A stretch of 35,501 bases of DNA from Macrostomum lignano (taxonomy: Eukaryota): NCBI GenBank assembly GCA_002269645.1, contig NIVC01004768.1:1-35501 (forward strand), written 5' to 3'. The position numbers and the translations under genes were made by a program. The number at the start of each line of letters is the position of its first letter. The first letter of the stretch is position 1. The notes below the pieces were generated by a model that did no database searches, was not told where the DNA came from, and saw nothing but the letters and a program-made list of their open reading frames with translations. Shown here in pieces: positions 9,408 through 20,542 of the stretch.

Positions 9408-10859
9408 GGTATAAGACCAAGATGGCCACACACCAAGATGGCCACAACATTGAATCTCTTTGGCTCTGCTCTCTTTTTATCATTAATTAGCAACATAGTA
9501 GCTATTGTTATATTAATTAATATGTTTAATCAATCATATTCATAAATACTGATGCAATAATAGATTTGAAACTAATTACCTATAATACAAAAACTTTATT
9601 TTTTCAGTGTTTATGCCAATTTATTCCCTATCATTGATTACATCTATCAAATCTATCACTATCTGTTTATTAATGATATAGTGCCTAAGAAGTACTTAAG
9701 TAATAACTATTTTTATGCACAAATACTGTATTTCTTAGAAAAGCTTATGAAAACTAAATATTTTGTTTAAACGTTGTGATCTATGACTATAAAAATTATT
9801 TTTGGGAATTATTATTTTGGTAAAATTATGCCAATTCATAGTATAAATAGGAGCCCAGATTGGGCCAGGAAAAATAAATCGTGTCCGTTTGCTGCCTCTT
9901 GGTTTCAAATAAGCAAACCTAGTTCGTTCAAACATTGAAATCATTATTCACAGTATTCTAAACACTTAGTTATTTGCTAGAGATTGAAATCCTCACATTG
10001 AGAGCATTAAGATCCGCTAAAAAGCGAGAATCGCCTCAGGGCAGGAAAACATTAGAAAATAGTGAATTCACCTCAGGGCAGAAAAACCGCTTCATAGCGA
10101 GGGAAAGTTGCCTTAGGGCAGGGAAAATATAAAGCTGTGACCCTCTAATCCTGGGAACGCCAGGACTAAGAGATATATTTAAGAGTAGACAGTGCCAATA
10201 GACTGCTCAGGCAAAAGGTACAGTATATGTACAACCGCTACCATTAGATAAGTAGATGCTACCAATATAAGTAGATAAGTAGACGCTACCAATATCAGTA
10301 GTACATTTATGCAAAAATACATTAAGTAGAAAGACAGAATTAATACACCTGTAACAGCTTGGTGGCAGCGAGTAAAGCTAAACAAAAGAATAATTAAGAG
10401 CCCTGGGACAGCTTTTAGTAACAGCAGTGGGGTATTATTAAGAAGGAAGAATCCCCTTGTTACAACTTTGGTAGCATAACGGTAGAATTCTCATAGAGAG
10501 CCAAAAGGCCTAGTATATTAAGAAACCATTGCTTGCTACTAGGGCCTAATGCTATACAAAAATTAAGATAAATATACAACAAGGCAAGGTATTTATTTTG
10601 TGTTAGGCTACTTGCTTGGTGTAGTGAATAAATATATATAGGTCAAGCTATAATAAAAGCTAAAGCCAAAGGAATGACTATAATATAGGGCATAGGGGCC
10701 TAATATAATACAATTCCAATATAGCATCTTTTTAGCATCTATTTCTCTAATTATTACCAATAGGAAATAAGTGAAATATATAGACCTAGGCTTATTATTA
10801 TCTATTTAGACACTTAGAGCTATGGCCATCTTGGTATGTGGCTATCTTGGTCATGCACC
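9408..10859. mobile_element. Non-autonomous DNA transposon (Mutator-like/MULE most likely), 1452 bp
   Basis: 37-bp TIRs matching at 32/37 (GGTATAAGACCAAGATGGCCACACACCAAGATGGCCA) with an internal tandem motif; perfect 8-bp TSD CTTAGTAT at 9400-9407 and 10860-10867. Confidence 0.8.
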
Positions 10860-11042
10860 CTTAGTATCATATATCATCTTTGACTTTTAGTATTTTAAGG
10901 GTAGGCCTAGCTATGCCAGAAATTTCTAGCATATATATTTGGGTTGGCAATTGAAAGTTGACATTTAGTTGGTGTAGCATATCATATTCAATATAAGAAA
11001 TCATAAAAACTTGGCATATAGGCCTATTGCAGTAGGCCTAGG

Positions 11043-11615
11043 GGTCACCAATCACTTCGTCTTCAGCAATAGGTCACTTCAGCGACAGTCACTTTGGCAA
11101 CAAGTCACTTCGGCGACAGTCATTTTGGCGACACATTTGGATCACATCTGAATTAACTTATAATTTGTATCTTATTTTGACAATGCAAAGCAACACCCAT
11201 AATTGCCTATTTGTTTTGAGCTTGTCTTTGTTTGACATTTTAATGCGTGTTTATTTTGCTTTCTTTATTTCTGCAATGGAGTGACACAGTATATGTGCCT
11301 GTACATGCCAATATGCCAAATAAATTTATAACAATACTTATAGTACTATATAATGCAAGTCAATTTGTTTTGTACTTTATTGTATTTATCGTAAGCATTA
11401 ATAACAAAATACTAAAAATTTGTATTGCTTTTTTAATAAATCTAGATAAATCACACTTTTTAATCGTGAAGTTTCATTTGCAAAAATACATCCTTCAGCT
11501 GTTATTAATTGTCGCCAAAGTGATCCAAATATATCGCTGAAATGACTGTTGCCAAAGTGACTTGTTGCCAAGTGATTGTTGCCGAAGTGACTTGTCACCA
11601 AAGTGATTGTAACTT
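11043..11615. mobile_element. Foldback/MULE-like MITE with TIRs built of tandem ~15-bp units (GTCACTTCGGCGACA)
   Basis: Array at 11043-11133 is mirrored by an inverted array at 11509-11613; GGCCTAGG flanks both sides (11035-11042, 11616-11623) as a probable TSD. Confidence 0.7.
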
Positions 11616-11822
11616 GGCCTAGGCCCTTAGTATTTAACTTCATATATAAAAAGCTTTACAAAAAGCATTCAATTTAACAAACATTTTCTCTAGGCTCTAG
11701 CCCATTGTCAATAAGGTGTCCAGTATAAGCCAGAGTTTTTTAGTCAAAATTTTAGGTGTATGCCAAGTATGCATGCCAAAAATTAGAAATTTAATTTATA
11801 ATTAAGTATAGGCCTAGCCTAG

Positions 11823-12390
11823 CCCATTTCAATTAAAAAAAATTTGGCAAGACACTTTGGGAAAGTGAATTTTAAGTTTAAATAAATGTACACTTTAGCA
11901 AAAGAAAATGACCAGTTTGGCAAAAAGATGGACTATGTATATAAATTGCAAATATACCACTTTGGTGATTGAAGCTTTTAAGAAACTGTTCATTGCTGTA
12001 AATTATTGGTAGTTAAAAAATTAAAACTCATGACTTAGCTCATAGCTAGGTTATGTGTGCAATTTATCAATATGCAATAAATAGATAGGATGATGATATA
12101 GATTTTTTAATTTCTAGTTTCTAAAACTGTATTTTGAAATCTTGCCATAATAGAATGGCAACTAATAAAACAAGTTAATTAAACTGCGACAGAACAAAAA
12201 TATGTCACAATAAAATTTGTCTTTATAAAGTTTCTCATTTTTCTTTTTAACTTTCTTCTAAGACAAAAATTCTTTAGCAGAACTTGGAGCAAATCTTTGG
12301 CCAAAATGGTCAACTTTAGACAAATAGTCACTGAAAGTATTTTTTGCCATTATTGACTTTTGCCAAAAATTCTTTCACCAAAGTGGGTTA
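11823..12390. mobile_element. Degenerate third inverted-repeat (foldback-like) element
   Basis: TTTGGCAAAA/CACTTTGG motifs at 11820-11970 are mirrored by TTTTGCCAAAA/CCAAAGTGGG at 12290-12390; ends and TSD are not clean. Confidence 0.3.
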
Positions 12391-13252
12391 AAACCCTATA
12401 ACTTAATATATGCCAAAATTTCAAAATTGTGACCTTACTGTTTTGCACTGCAAAAATAAAGGGCCTTTTTTGTTTCAATAATCAAGGACCCTTTTCCCTT
12501 GTTATATTTGGCGTTTATATACATTATAACAAAATAAGTGTTGTGTCTATTATTTTAAAATTTATATCAATTTATAATCATACAAAAAGCTATTTCTTTC
12601 GTGTGATTGTGGTCCTATATTAAGTTGATGCCATGTATTTTTGTAACTTGTTTTTTTATAGGTTTTATATACTATTGTTTGCTTTAAAGATTTCTTTGGT
12701 AGTATAGTTAATGTTTTTTTTATTTTAGTTTCAGCTAGTATATTAAGGTTTTACAAATCCGATAGGAAATTAGCAAAATGTTGAAGTTAGCCAGCCAAAG
12801 ATGGTAGTTATAGTACCCTATATTTTATATCCACATGATATAATAGGTGGAACAACAAAGTTAAATGGCCTATGAATAAGAATGATATCCAAATATATCC
12901 CTTTGACTTTGTGCAATAATAAGAACATATCCGAGTAGCTTTGTTTTGTTTGGTATTTGGCATTTTTTAAAGCTGCTTTTTGGTTCAAAAATGACTTCTA
13001 AGTGCTTAAATTCATGCTCTGTTTCTATGTTCTGCTAAACATTTATTAGTGACTAGCAGCAAGTCAATAGTAGTTTCTTGAACTTTGAAGACACTATCAG
13101 CTCTGTCTAGTGATTGTATAATACCAGTGTCCTCATTTCATCCACTTGCTAATGAACTCTGGGATCTGGTATACCTTGCATGTCTTCTGCCTAGTGGTCT
13201 CTTGTTGCCCCTCTTTCTCATCATTAGACCAACAGATTAATCAGCAACTCAC

Positions 13253-13506
13253 CAGGCTTTTTCTGGGGCTTAGTTTCTTCTGAAACTTGTTAACTTCCGC
13301 TTGTAACTGGGCAGCCTCCTTGTGCAGTTTTAGCAGACATAACTGCTTCTCTACCTCCGCTAGCTCATTGTCCAGGCTGCCAGCTGCACCAGATGCTAAT
13401 CCACCAGGTCCCAGAGTGCCCACAAGCATCCTACTTGGTGTGTGCCAATTGGTGTGTTGCCAATAGAAATGGCTGGGTGAATCCCTAGGTTGTGCCCAAG
13501 CATGTT
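13253..13506 (-). pseudogene. CpG-decayed coding-exon-like fragment ending in a coiled coil (…LDNELAEVEKQLCLLKLHKEAAQLQAEVNKFQKKL…), probably transposon cargo
   Basis: TTCAG acceptor, CTG|GTGAGT donor, 84 open codons; no family recognised. Confidence 0.3.
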
Positions 13507-13842
13507 CTGAAAGGTATCATACACTTCACAGTCAAAAATCTGTATTCTCCTTATTTTGGGATGTAAAAAATGCACAGGCACCCTGTTGTTTGTATTGTCT
13601 GTATTATTTCCTGGGCGTATCATCTCAGTGTCCACAAGCTGAAAAAGCCTGGAGAAGCCCCCAAGAAATGCTCTAAAGCTGTTTTCAGAGTTTTTTTTCA
13701 AATTTGTCCCAATATCAGCAATGCCTACCTTTTTGTGCGAACCATATTTTCTGTACAGTTTTATACAGTTGTTAAAAATTATACTTTTCTATCTGGAAAA
13801 AGTCGAAAAAAATTGCGCAGGAGCCCTGTTGTTTGCACTTTT

Positions 13843-14366
13843 GACTTACTTGACTTGGCTGCAGGAAACAGCGAGGAGGCGTTGCCGCCCATTTCGCTAG
13901 CCCCTGGCGACCACGGGCAGCTAGTGCTGCGGTGTCGCGCAAGGAGTTCCGGTGGCGCCGGTGTCCGCAGCGCGGTCCCCCTCCGGAGAGTCCAGGAGGT
14001 GGACTGTCGCTCGCCCGGTAGCCCTTAGGTAGCGGACGAGCTGGCAGAGATTCTCGGGCCTGAAAACGTCGGAGAGGTCCGGGTTTGGGCCGAGGTAGAT
14101 GAGCCTGTCCTGGGTTAAGGCGGGGCATTCACAGATGAAGTGCTCCGCATTCTGGACACCGGAGAGGCAGAATGGGCATTCCTCACTGCGGATTTTTCCC
14201 TGGAGGTGACGATGCCTGGCAAAGCAGCCATGACCCGAGAGGGCCATGGTAACCGCCCTGATGTCCCTGCGGTTGAGTCCAAGCAGGGCCCTGCGCAGTG
14301 CGGAGGAAGGACAGGGGACAGCCGCGCGGGATTGCCGGCAGTCAGGGGCGTTAGCCCACCTCTCCC
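13843..14366 (-). mobile_element. 5'-truncated non-LTR retrotransposon 3' end (LOA/R1-like, I superfamily), 524 bp
   Basis: ORF end [12 protein letters not shown]…CPFC…EHFICEC (C-terminal CCHC zinc knuckle); short AAGTC-type tail; perfect 13-bp TSD TGTTTGCACTTTT at 13830-13842 and 14367-14379. Confidence 0.88.
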
Positions 14367-14554
14367 TGTTTGCACTTTTACTTTCTGTTAACATTTGGCG
14401 CTAGGATTTTTAAACATAAAACTATGCACACGTGACTGTCGGCTTCAGTTCATGCTGGCCATCCCGATAATACAGGAAGTCCATTCTGTCTGTCTGGTTC
14501 CTAGTACCAGTCCTTTAAGTGACCGCTAGATCTGCTCGCTTGCTTTACTACTAG

Positions 14555-16895
14555 TCAGCTGTTGCTGTGCCGTCACGGCTAAGCGGCATTGGGCAATATG
14601 CAAAAGAATCTTTTACGACAGAACCGGGTCTGTGGGCTCGAATAAGATGCTTCCTTTCAGTTCTAGCCCTCGCTCTACTGTAAGGACTGAAAACATTTTG
14701 CTTTTGAAATCTGCTGTTCTTTTCAGTCGACTTGTCTGTAGAATCCCTTGGCATTTTTGTCCAGGCCTACTATATGAAAGGTCCCGCGATAGTTTCGCGT
14801 CCAGTGATGCTGTGACGTTTTATTTCTTTGTTGCACTATTAGATTCGATTTTCTACCTTTTTGCCTTCTTTGCTATCTGATTCGTGAGAACATCGCTATT
14901 ATCCATATGGAAGATATTGCCTACTCATTTATCTTGAGTAGCTATCAAAGTCATCCCATTATATGTGCCTATATGGGCATTGCTTTTTAGCGCTCACAAA
15001 TTACTTGCCTCTAATCGCCATCGATTACCACCTCCACTAGCCTCCATTATCATTCATTGACATTATACTAACTAATCATCCACTACATTTGTCTGTAAGA
15101 TTCGTTTCTAATCGAAGCATTTACTAGATTCTCTGGTTCTCTGATCTGCTCTGGTCTATAATGATCCACTAGATTGGTCTCTAATGATCCACTAGATTGG
15201 TCTCTAATGATATACTAGATTCGTCTCTAATGATATACTAGATTCGTCTCTAATGATATACTAGATTTGTCTCTAATGATCCACTAGATTCATCTCTAAT
15301 GATCCACTAGATTAATCTCTAACGATCCACTAGATTAATCTCCAATGATCCACTAGATTCGTCTCTAATGATCCACTAGATTTGTCTCTAATGATCCACT
15401 AGATTCATCTTTAATGATCCACTAGATTAATCTCTAACGATCCACTAGATTCGTCTCTAATGATATACTAGATTTGTTTCTAATGATCCACTAGATTAAT
15501 CTCTAATGATCCACTAGATTCGTCTCTAATGATCCACTATATTAATATCTAATAACCCACTAGATTAATTTCTACGAGCGTAATGATCCACTAGATTAAT
15601 CTCTAATGAGCCACTATATTAATATATAATGATCCACTAGATTCGTCTCTAATTATCCACTAGATTCGTCTCTAATTATCCACTAGATTCGTCTCTAATG
15701 ATCCACTAGATTGGTTTCTAATTATTCACCAGATTAGTCTCTAATTATCCACTAGATTTGTCTCTAATGATCCACTAGATTAATCTCTAATGATCCGCTA
15801 GATTAATCTCTAATGGTCCACTATATTAATATATAATGATCCACTAGATTCGTCTCTAATTATCCACTAGATTCGTCTCTAATTATCCACTAGATTAATC
15901 TCTAATTATCCACTAGATTCGTCTCTAATAATCCGCTAGATTAATCTCTAATGGTCCACTATATTAATATATAATGATCCACTAGATTCGTCTCTAATTA
16001 TCCACTAGATTCGTCTCTAATAATCCACTAGATTAATCTCTAATTATCCACTAGATTCGTCTCTAATAATCCGCTAGATTAATCTCTAATGGTCCACTAT
16101 ATTAATATATAATGATCCACTAGATTCGTCTCTAATTATCCACTAGATTCGTCTCTAATTATCCACTAGATTCGTCTCTAATAATCCACTAGATTAATCT
16201 CTAATAATCCACTAGATTAATCTCTAATTATCCACTAGATTCGTCTCTAATGATTCACTAGATTCGTCTCTAATAATCCACTAGATTTGTCTCTAATTAT
16301 CCACTAGATTCGTCTCTAATTATCCACTAGATTCGTCTCTAATTATCCACTAGATTAATCTCTAATTATCCACTAGATTAATCTCTAATTATCCACTAGA
16401 TTAATCTCTAATCTTTCTGTAGATTAATATTTAATCGTTCACTAGATTCGTCTCTAATCCTGCACTAGATTAGATCTGGTCTTTGAATCGCCCAGGAAAA
16501 TCACCGAATCTAAAAAATTCCCATCTTCAAGTTGACGTGAATCGCATTAATTATAGGCTTCAAGGCAATATTATGCGATTTATAGTTTATTAAAGTTATG
16601 CCATATTTGGTATAGTTAATTACAGTTTTACGCTGGATTAGGGATTTATATAGTTTAGAAACTGCATAGGAGCGTACTGGTGTGCCAATTTCGGCACCAA
16701 GTTTAGTCTACTCTAATTAGACCAAGCTTATTTCCTCAGTTGGAATGCCTCTGGAAGGCGGCTTCTTTGGGACATTCAGATTTTTAGGGCCTAGATGTGT
16801 GCTTTTTCTCTTGAATTTATTTATATTTGTTTATAGGCGACCAGTCTGGCGAGTCGAAGGCCCTATATAATAAATTGCGCAGCTTTGAGCTCTGA
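14555..16895 (+). CDS. Putative unannotated multi-exon gene (candidate exons 14555-14679, from 14727, 16740-16796, 16837-16895); product unknown
   Basis: Phase-compatible 47-nt (GTAAGG…TTTTCAG) and 40-nt (GTGTGC…TTTATAG) introns join open frames SGIGQYAKESFTTEPGLWARIRCFLSVLALALLRLVCRIPW and GMPLEGGFFGTFRFLGPRCDQSGESKALYNKLRSFEL*; middle exons unresolved. Confidence 0.3.
15159..16472. repeat. Minisatellite, 23-bp unit AATGATCCACTAGATTCGTCTCT
   Basis: Tandem array of ~1.3 kb read directly. Confidence 0.97.
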
Positions 16896-18800
16896 TTGGA
16901 GTCTGAGTGCGTTGTGATTTTTTTGAAAACGAAGTTAAAGTCTGAAAATGTTTACTGTTGAAGCTTATTGAACTTTTTTTAAATTAGCTAATTTAATTAC
17001 ATTTCAACTAAGCGAGCAAAATACTCAGCGCGTGTTCTATAGCATGATTTAGGAGTCTTATTTAGGAGAATGGCAGGCAGGCAGACCACACTACTCTTAC
17101 ATTAGTTTCGTGGGATTTTACTCTGTCGGCGGCGGGTAACTAACTGGTGTGAGGACTTAAAATGTCGGGGGGGGGCAATGGGGAGCGAGGTGGGCAATCC
17201 ATGCCGCCCCGCCACCGTGCAAATTAATTTGCCTTCTTGGCTTCTGGCTTGCCTGTCTGTCAGCGGCAGGGGCAGGGCTGTGCGGGATGGGAGAGTGTGT
17301 GTATATATATTACATATATACCGGTATAGAAGCAGAGGGGAAGAGAGGTCTGTATGGTCAATTTTTTCAACTCCTCGCTCATGCATCTCGCTTGGGTGTG
17401 GCCTTACTATCGCCCGTAGCTTTATTATCTGTCTCTCTCTCTCTCTCACTCCTACTTTCTCCCTTCTCCCCATCCTAGTTCCCAATCTCGATCCCAATAG
17501 ATGATTGTGTTGTGAGCTACTGACCGATGTTAGCGCCCCTATAATGCTAGGCTTCTTATATCTTTATATCTATTTCTGTTGCTTGAATTGGTACTGGTAG
17601 GCTAGCTGGGATAGAAAGAACTACTAAGGAAACTGTCTTAGGGTCTGCTGTCGCCGCCGCTTCTGCATGTTCTGACACTTCTAATCTCTCTCTCATCTGC
17701 GATTTCTGTGCACCATTTGACCCTTCCTTCTCTCTGCAGCCCTCTCCCTCTCTCTGTAGACCCCCCACTTCGCGTTCCATGCCTTCAGTTCTTTTTCTCT
17801 CTCCTTTTTTAGGCAATGGATGGATAGAAGCGCTTTCCTGCCAGTTGAAGTCGGGCCGAGCGCTATTTCGAAGCCTGTTTTTTAGCATTTTTTTCGTCTC
17901 TCGTTTTCTGCTTTTTAAGGCTCCTCTTGTCTTCCTTACCCGTCGTATGGGCGGTTTTTTTAGTCTTGGTCTCTTGTATTTCTTCTTCTTTTTTGCACGC
18001 CAGATTTTTCTTGGTTTCTTTAGATTCTGCTGGTTTGGCGTGCATTTATTGCTGGAGAGAGAGAGAGAGAGAGTTTTCTGATCTCTTTAGCAGAACCCTG
18101 CAAGCCAATGGGAGTGCTTTGGTTTACTTATTACCTAATGCAATATTCGCCTACGCACACAGTTGGAAGTGCCCGATGACAACTAAAACTGGCGCTATTA
18201 TATAGAGTATGACCAGCAACACACACCCTTGGCATCGAAAGCGCACGAAAGTTTTCTTTTTAAATAAATGTGCTCATCAAAGAAGATCAGTTTGATACAC
18301 GACAGCTACATACAGGCGTGTATCGTTACGTGTATGCAATCCCATCGTTAACTGCTTGTTAAAAGCTCGTCGGGAAGGCATTGTCGGCAGTGTGTAAGTA
18401 GGCCGAAATCAATGGGATTCAGTGCGCGCAGTATGGGAACATTTTTAGTCGATTTCGCTTCTATCTAGACTTTTCCTCCCTTTTTTACCTTGCCCCTTCA
18501 TCCTCATTTTGTTCCTTGCTAACCTAACGTTCTTCTTTCCTAATTGCTTGCTTCTGCTTTTCCCCAACCAATTGTAACCGTGTGTCTGACTGACAGTCTC
18601 TCTGGGTTGGCGGTTGGCTGGCTCTTTACAACTAAAATAAGTTATAAATTCCCAGCACTTGTTCCAATCTGTCCATTCCAGCTGCTTGTCCAACGCCTAG
18701 TTAGCGACAGGAAGGCGCAGATAAATCGAGAGTAAAGTGAAGGGGGGCAATCTCTATCACCTGCCCGCTAACAACAGCTACAATAACAAAGAAAGACAAG

Positions 18801-19730
18801 ATGCGGCCGCTTCTGCTGCCGCTGCTACTATCGCTACTGCTGCTGCCTGTCCGGCCGACTGACGCCGCCGCCACACCGGCCACCTGTCAGTCCGTGTCGG
18901 CCGTTTACGCAGCCAAGAATCTGGACGTACTGCAGGTGCGATACCAGGCCTCGGGCAGTCACCTGGCCGTCTGTCCGGCCCGGCCGGGTCCCTCCTGTTG
19001 CAGTCGGGAGATGGAAACTGCTCTAGAGAATCGGGCCAAGACTGACATGTACCAGGATCTGTACCAGCATCTGGTGCCTCAGAGCACCTCGTTGGCCTCT
19101 CTGCTGACTAGCTTTCAGTCTCTGGCCCTACAGATGGTTAACAATTCCTACACGAAACTGGACACGAGTTTCAAGAGCATCTACGGCTACTCTTATATTG
19201 AGAATAAGCAGCCGTTTCTGCAATTCTTCGAAGGCTTGCGAGCCTACTTGTCCGGCGGACCGGATACTGTGGCCGGAGTTGCCAAGGCCCTGTTCGAAAG
19301 CATCTCCTCTCGGGTGTACGTACTAGTCATGACCAACTATGACATTGATGAGGCCTATCTGACCTGCGTCCGCAGCCGCCTGGACCAGCTAAAGCCTTTA
19401 GGCAACATGCCCGAGCGTATTAGCCAAGAACTTATCCGGGCATTCGTGCCCGCTCGCCGATTCCTGGCCGGGTTGGCCGCGCTGCAGGACGCCGTTCAGA
19501 TGTCCCCGGCCACTCCGCTGCCCGCTCAGTGCCAGAAATCGCAGTTGCGCTCTCGATATTGCGCCTGGTGCGACGGGATTACAAATCTGCAGCCGTGCTT
19601 TGAGCTGTGCTCAGCCTCTATGGCCGACTGTCTCACCCAGTTGGACTCGCTGGCCGAACCATTCGACCAGCTTTTGGACGAGTTGGTCAAGCTGTCCAAT
19701 AAGATCCGGGGTCCAAATAACCTCTACCAG
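18801..19730 (+). CDS. Glypican, coding exon 1 (310 codons; GPC1/2/4/6-dally-like type)
   Basis: Signal peptide MRPLLLPLLLSLLLLP; glypican motifs GSHLAVCP, SCCSREME, YCAWC, PCFELC; cysteines 1-11 of the 14-Cys core; donor CAG|GTAATG, phase 0. Confidence 0.93.
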
Positions 19731-19818
19731 GTAATGGGTTGCTGTAGGCTATCTAGACTTACGGTTCTGCAACGGGGTGTTGTATTGAGTCAATTGTATT
19801 GAGTTTCTATGGTGTATT

Positions 19819-20430
19819 AAGATTCTGGATTGTCAAGATTCTAGGGTGTGAAGATTCTTGGGTGTGAAGATTCTTGGTTGTGAAGATTCTGGGTTGTGAA
19901 GATTCTTGGGTGTGAAGATTCTGGGTTGTAAAGATTCTTGGGTGTGAAGATTCTAGGTTATGAAGATTCTGGGTTGTGAGGATTCTAGGTTGTGAAGATT
20001 CTTGGGTGTGAAGATTCTTGGGTGTGAATATTCTGGGTTGTGAAGATTCTGGGTTATGAAGATTCTTTGGCGTGAAGATTCTGGGGTTGTGAAGATTCTG
20101 AGTTAGGAAGATTGTAGGTTGTGAAGATTCTGAGTTAGAAAGATTGTAGGTTGTGATGATTCTGGGTTGTGAAGATTCAAGATTGTGAAGATCCTGGGTT
20201 GTGAAGATTCTGGGTTGTGAGGATTCTAGGTTGTGAAGATTCTGGGTTGTGAAGATTCTAGGCTGTGAAGATTCTGGGTTCTGAAGTTTCTTAGGTGTGA
20301 AGATTCTGGGTTGTGAAGACCTTGGGGTGTGAAGATTCTGAGTTAGGAAGATTGTAGGTCGTGAAGATTGTGGGTTGTAAAGATTCTTAGTTGTGGAGGA
20401 GATTCAGGGTGTGAAAATTCTGGGGTGTAA
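19819..20430. repeat. Glypican intron minisatellite, 16-17-bp unit GATTCTGGGTTGTGAA
   Basis: Tandem array read directly. Confidence 0.95.
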
Positions 20431-20542
20431 AAAATATAATGTAAAGATTGCGGAGGTTTCAGCCGCTTATTTATATAAGCTTCGCGGACACAGTCGTCAA
20501 CTTTAAAATTTGATTATTTTTTGTCCAAAAACCAACGCGCAG

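Noticed and set aside
10390-10560. MULE transposase remnant (…RAKRPSILR…)
   Set aside because: Too short and stop-ridden; no catalytic motif could be identified
17102-18735. ORFs upstream of glypican
   Set aside because: Low-complexity CT/GA-rich sequence with no recognisable domain; more likely promoter, leader or intron
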